Part shown: positions 63,677 to 64,000 of the stretch, in pieces
Layout: every line of letters begins with the position of its first letter
Position numbering within the stretch: the first letter of the stretch is position 1
IMG/VR virus record: IMGVR_UViG_3300045988_131126
Source of the DNA: a virus
Length of the DNA stretch: 64,000 nt
Direction: 5' to 3' (one strand)
Program-made: the position numbers and the translations under genes
Notes under the pieces: model-generated
Seen by the model: the letters and a program-made list of their open reading frames with translations, nothing else
Databases searched by the model: none
Told to the model about the DNA's origin: nothing

Positions 63677-64000
63677 AAATTATCCTCCTTTAATAAATCT
63701 ATAATATCTTTACCAGATATATAAATACAGTTCAATTCACTATTAATGAATTGAGCTAATTTATCGTACGGTGTAGAAGTATTATCCAATATAAAATCAT
63801 ACTTCTCTATCAGCTTTTCATTCTCTAAAGCTTTTTGTCTTTCTATAGATTTCTTAATATCTATAAGAAAAGTTATATTACTATTTCCTCTATAATAAGA
63901 TCTAATAACTTCTAGTTTAGTCTTATCTATATCATCTCTTATATCAACTCTAAGAAAATCTATATTTTCTTTTTCCTTTAATTCATTAATATAATTAATA
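63673..64000 (-). CDS. hypothetical protein; partial, N-terminus beyond the window end
   Basis: My own translation of the minus strand is open from base 64000 (...INYINELKEKENIDFLRVDIRDDIDKTKLEVIRSYYRGNSNITFLIDIKKSIERQKALENEKLIEKYDFILDNTSTPYDKLAQFINSELNCIYISGKDIIDLLKEDNL) and ends at TGA 63675..63673. Confidence 0.5.
   Translation of the reverse strand, partial: INYINELKEKENIDFLRVDIRDDIDKTKLEVIRSYYRGNSNITFLIDIKKSIERQKALENEKLIEKYDFILDNTSTPYDKLAQFINSELNCIYISGKDIIDLLKEDNL

Overview
The window is a strongly AT-rich (about 70% A+T by eye) 64-kb piece of a large tailed-phage or prophage genome. Its signals are low-GC Gram-positive in style: GGAGG-type ribosome-binding sites and hairpin plus U-tract terminators. 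Most genes lie on the minus strand.

Modules, left to right:
1. Transcription and lysis (1-3700): a sigma-70 region-4 HTH protein, two small XkdX/CD1375-like proteins, and a CHAP plus PG-binding endolysin.
2. A tRNA(CAT), a free-standing HNH endonuclease and a tRNA 3' remnant, followed by about 880 bp of hairpin-rich non-coding DNA.
3. nrdG, a P-loop kinase and small membrane proteins.
4. A complete diversity-generating retroelement (DGR) at 8432-11771, ordered target/VR, avd, TR, RT. The TR and VR can be aligned by eye. Four further paralogues of the target protein are present.
5. A convergent tail-fibre super-locus (17.8-26.1 kb) built from shuffled modules.
6. Unassigned plus-strand genes, including very acidic proteins (26.2-28.8 kb).
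7. A nucleotide-metabolism and replication block: dcd, DHH phosphoesterase, dut, BCS1-like AAA+ ATPase, type II topoisomerase A and B subunits, RecD/Dda-like helicase, DnaB-like helicase. It is interrupted by three five-gene clusters of small basic proteins.

The feature that existing categories explain least is a 1.75-kb ORF-free array at 42404-44150. It holds about 49 head-to-tail units of 35-36 bp. Each unit has two short conserved cores and, read on the plus strand, the geometry of an extended -10 promoter.

Two further non-coding candidates:
- A roughly 300-nt element at 53260-53580, much GC-richer than its surroundings, followed by a strong intrinsic terminator directly upstream of the topoisomerase B gene.
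- A possibly related element at 30983-31185.

All functional calls rest on motifs read by eye. No database search was run.
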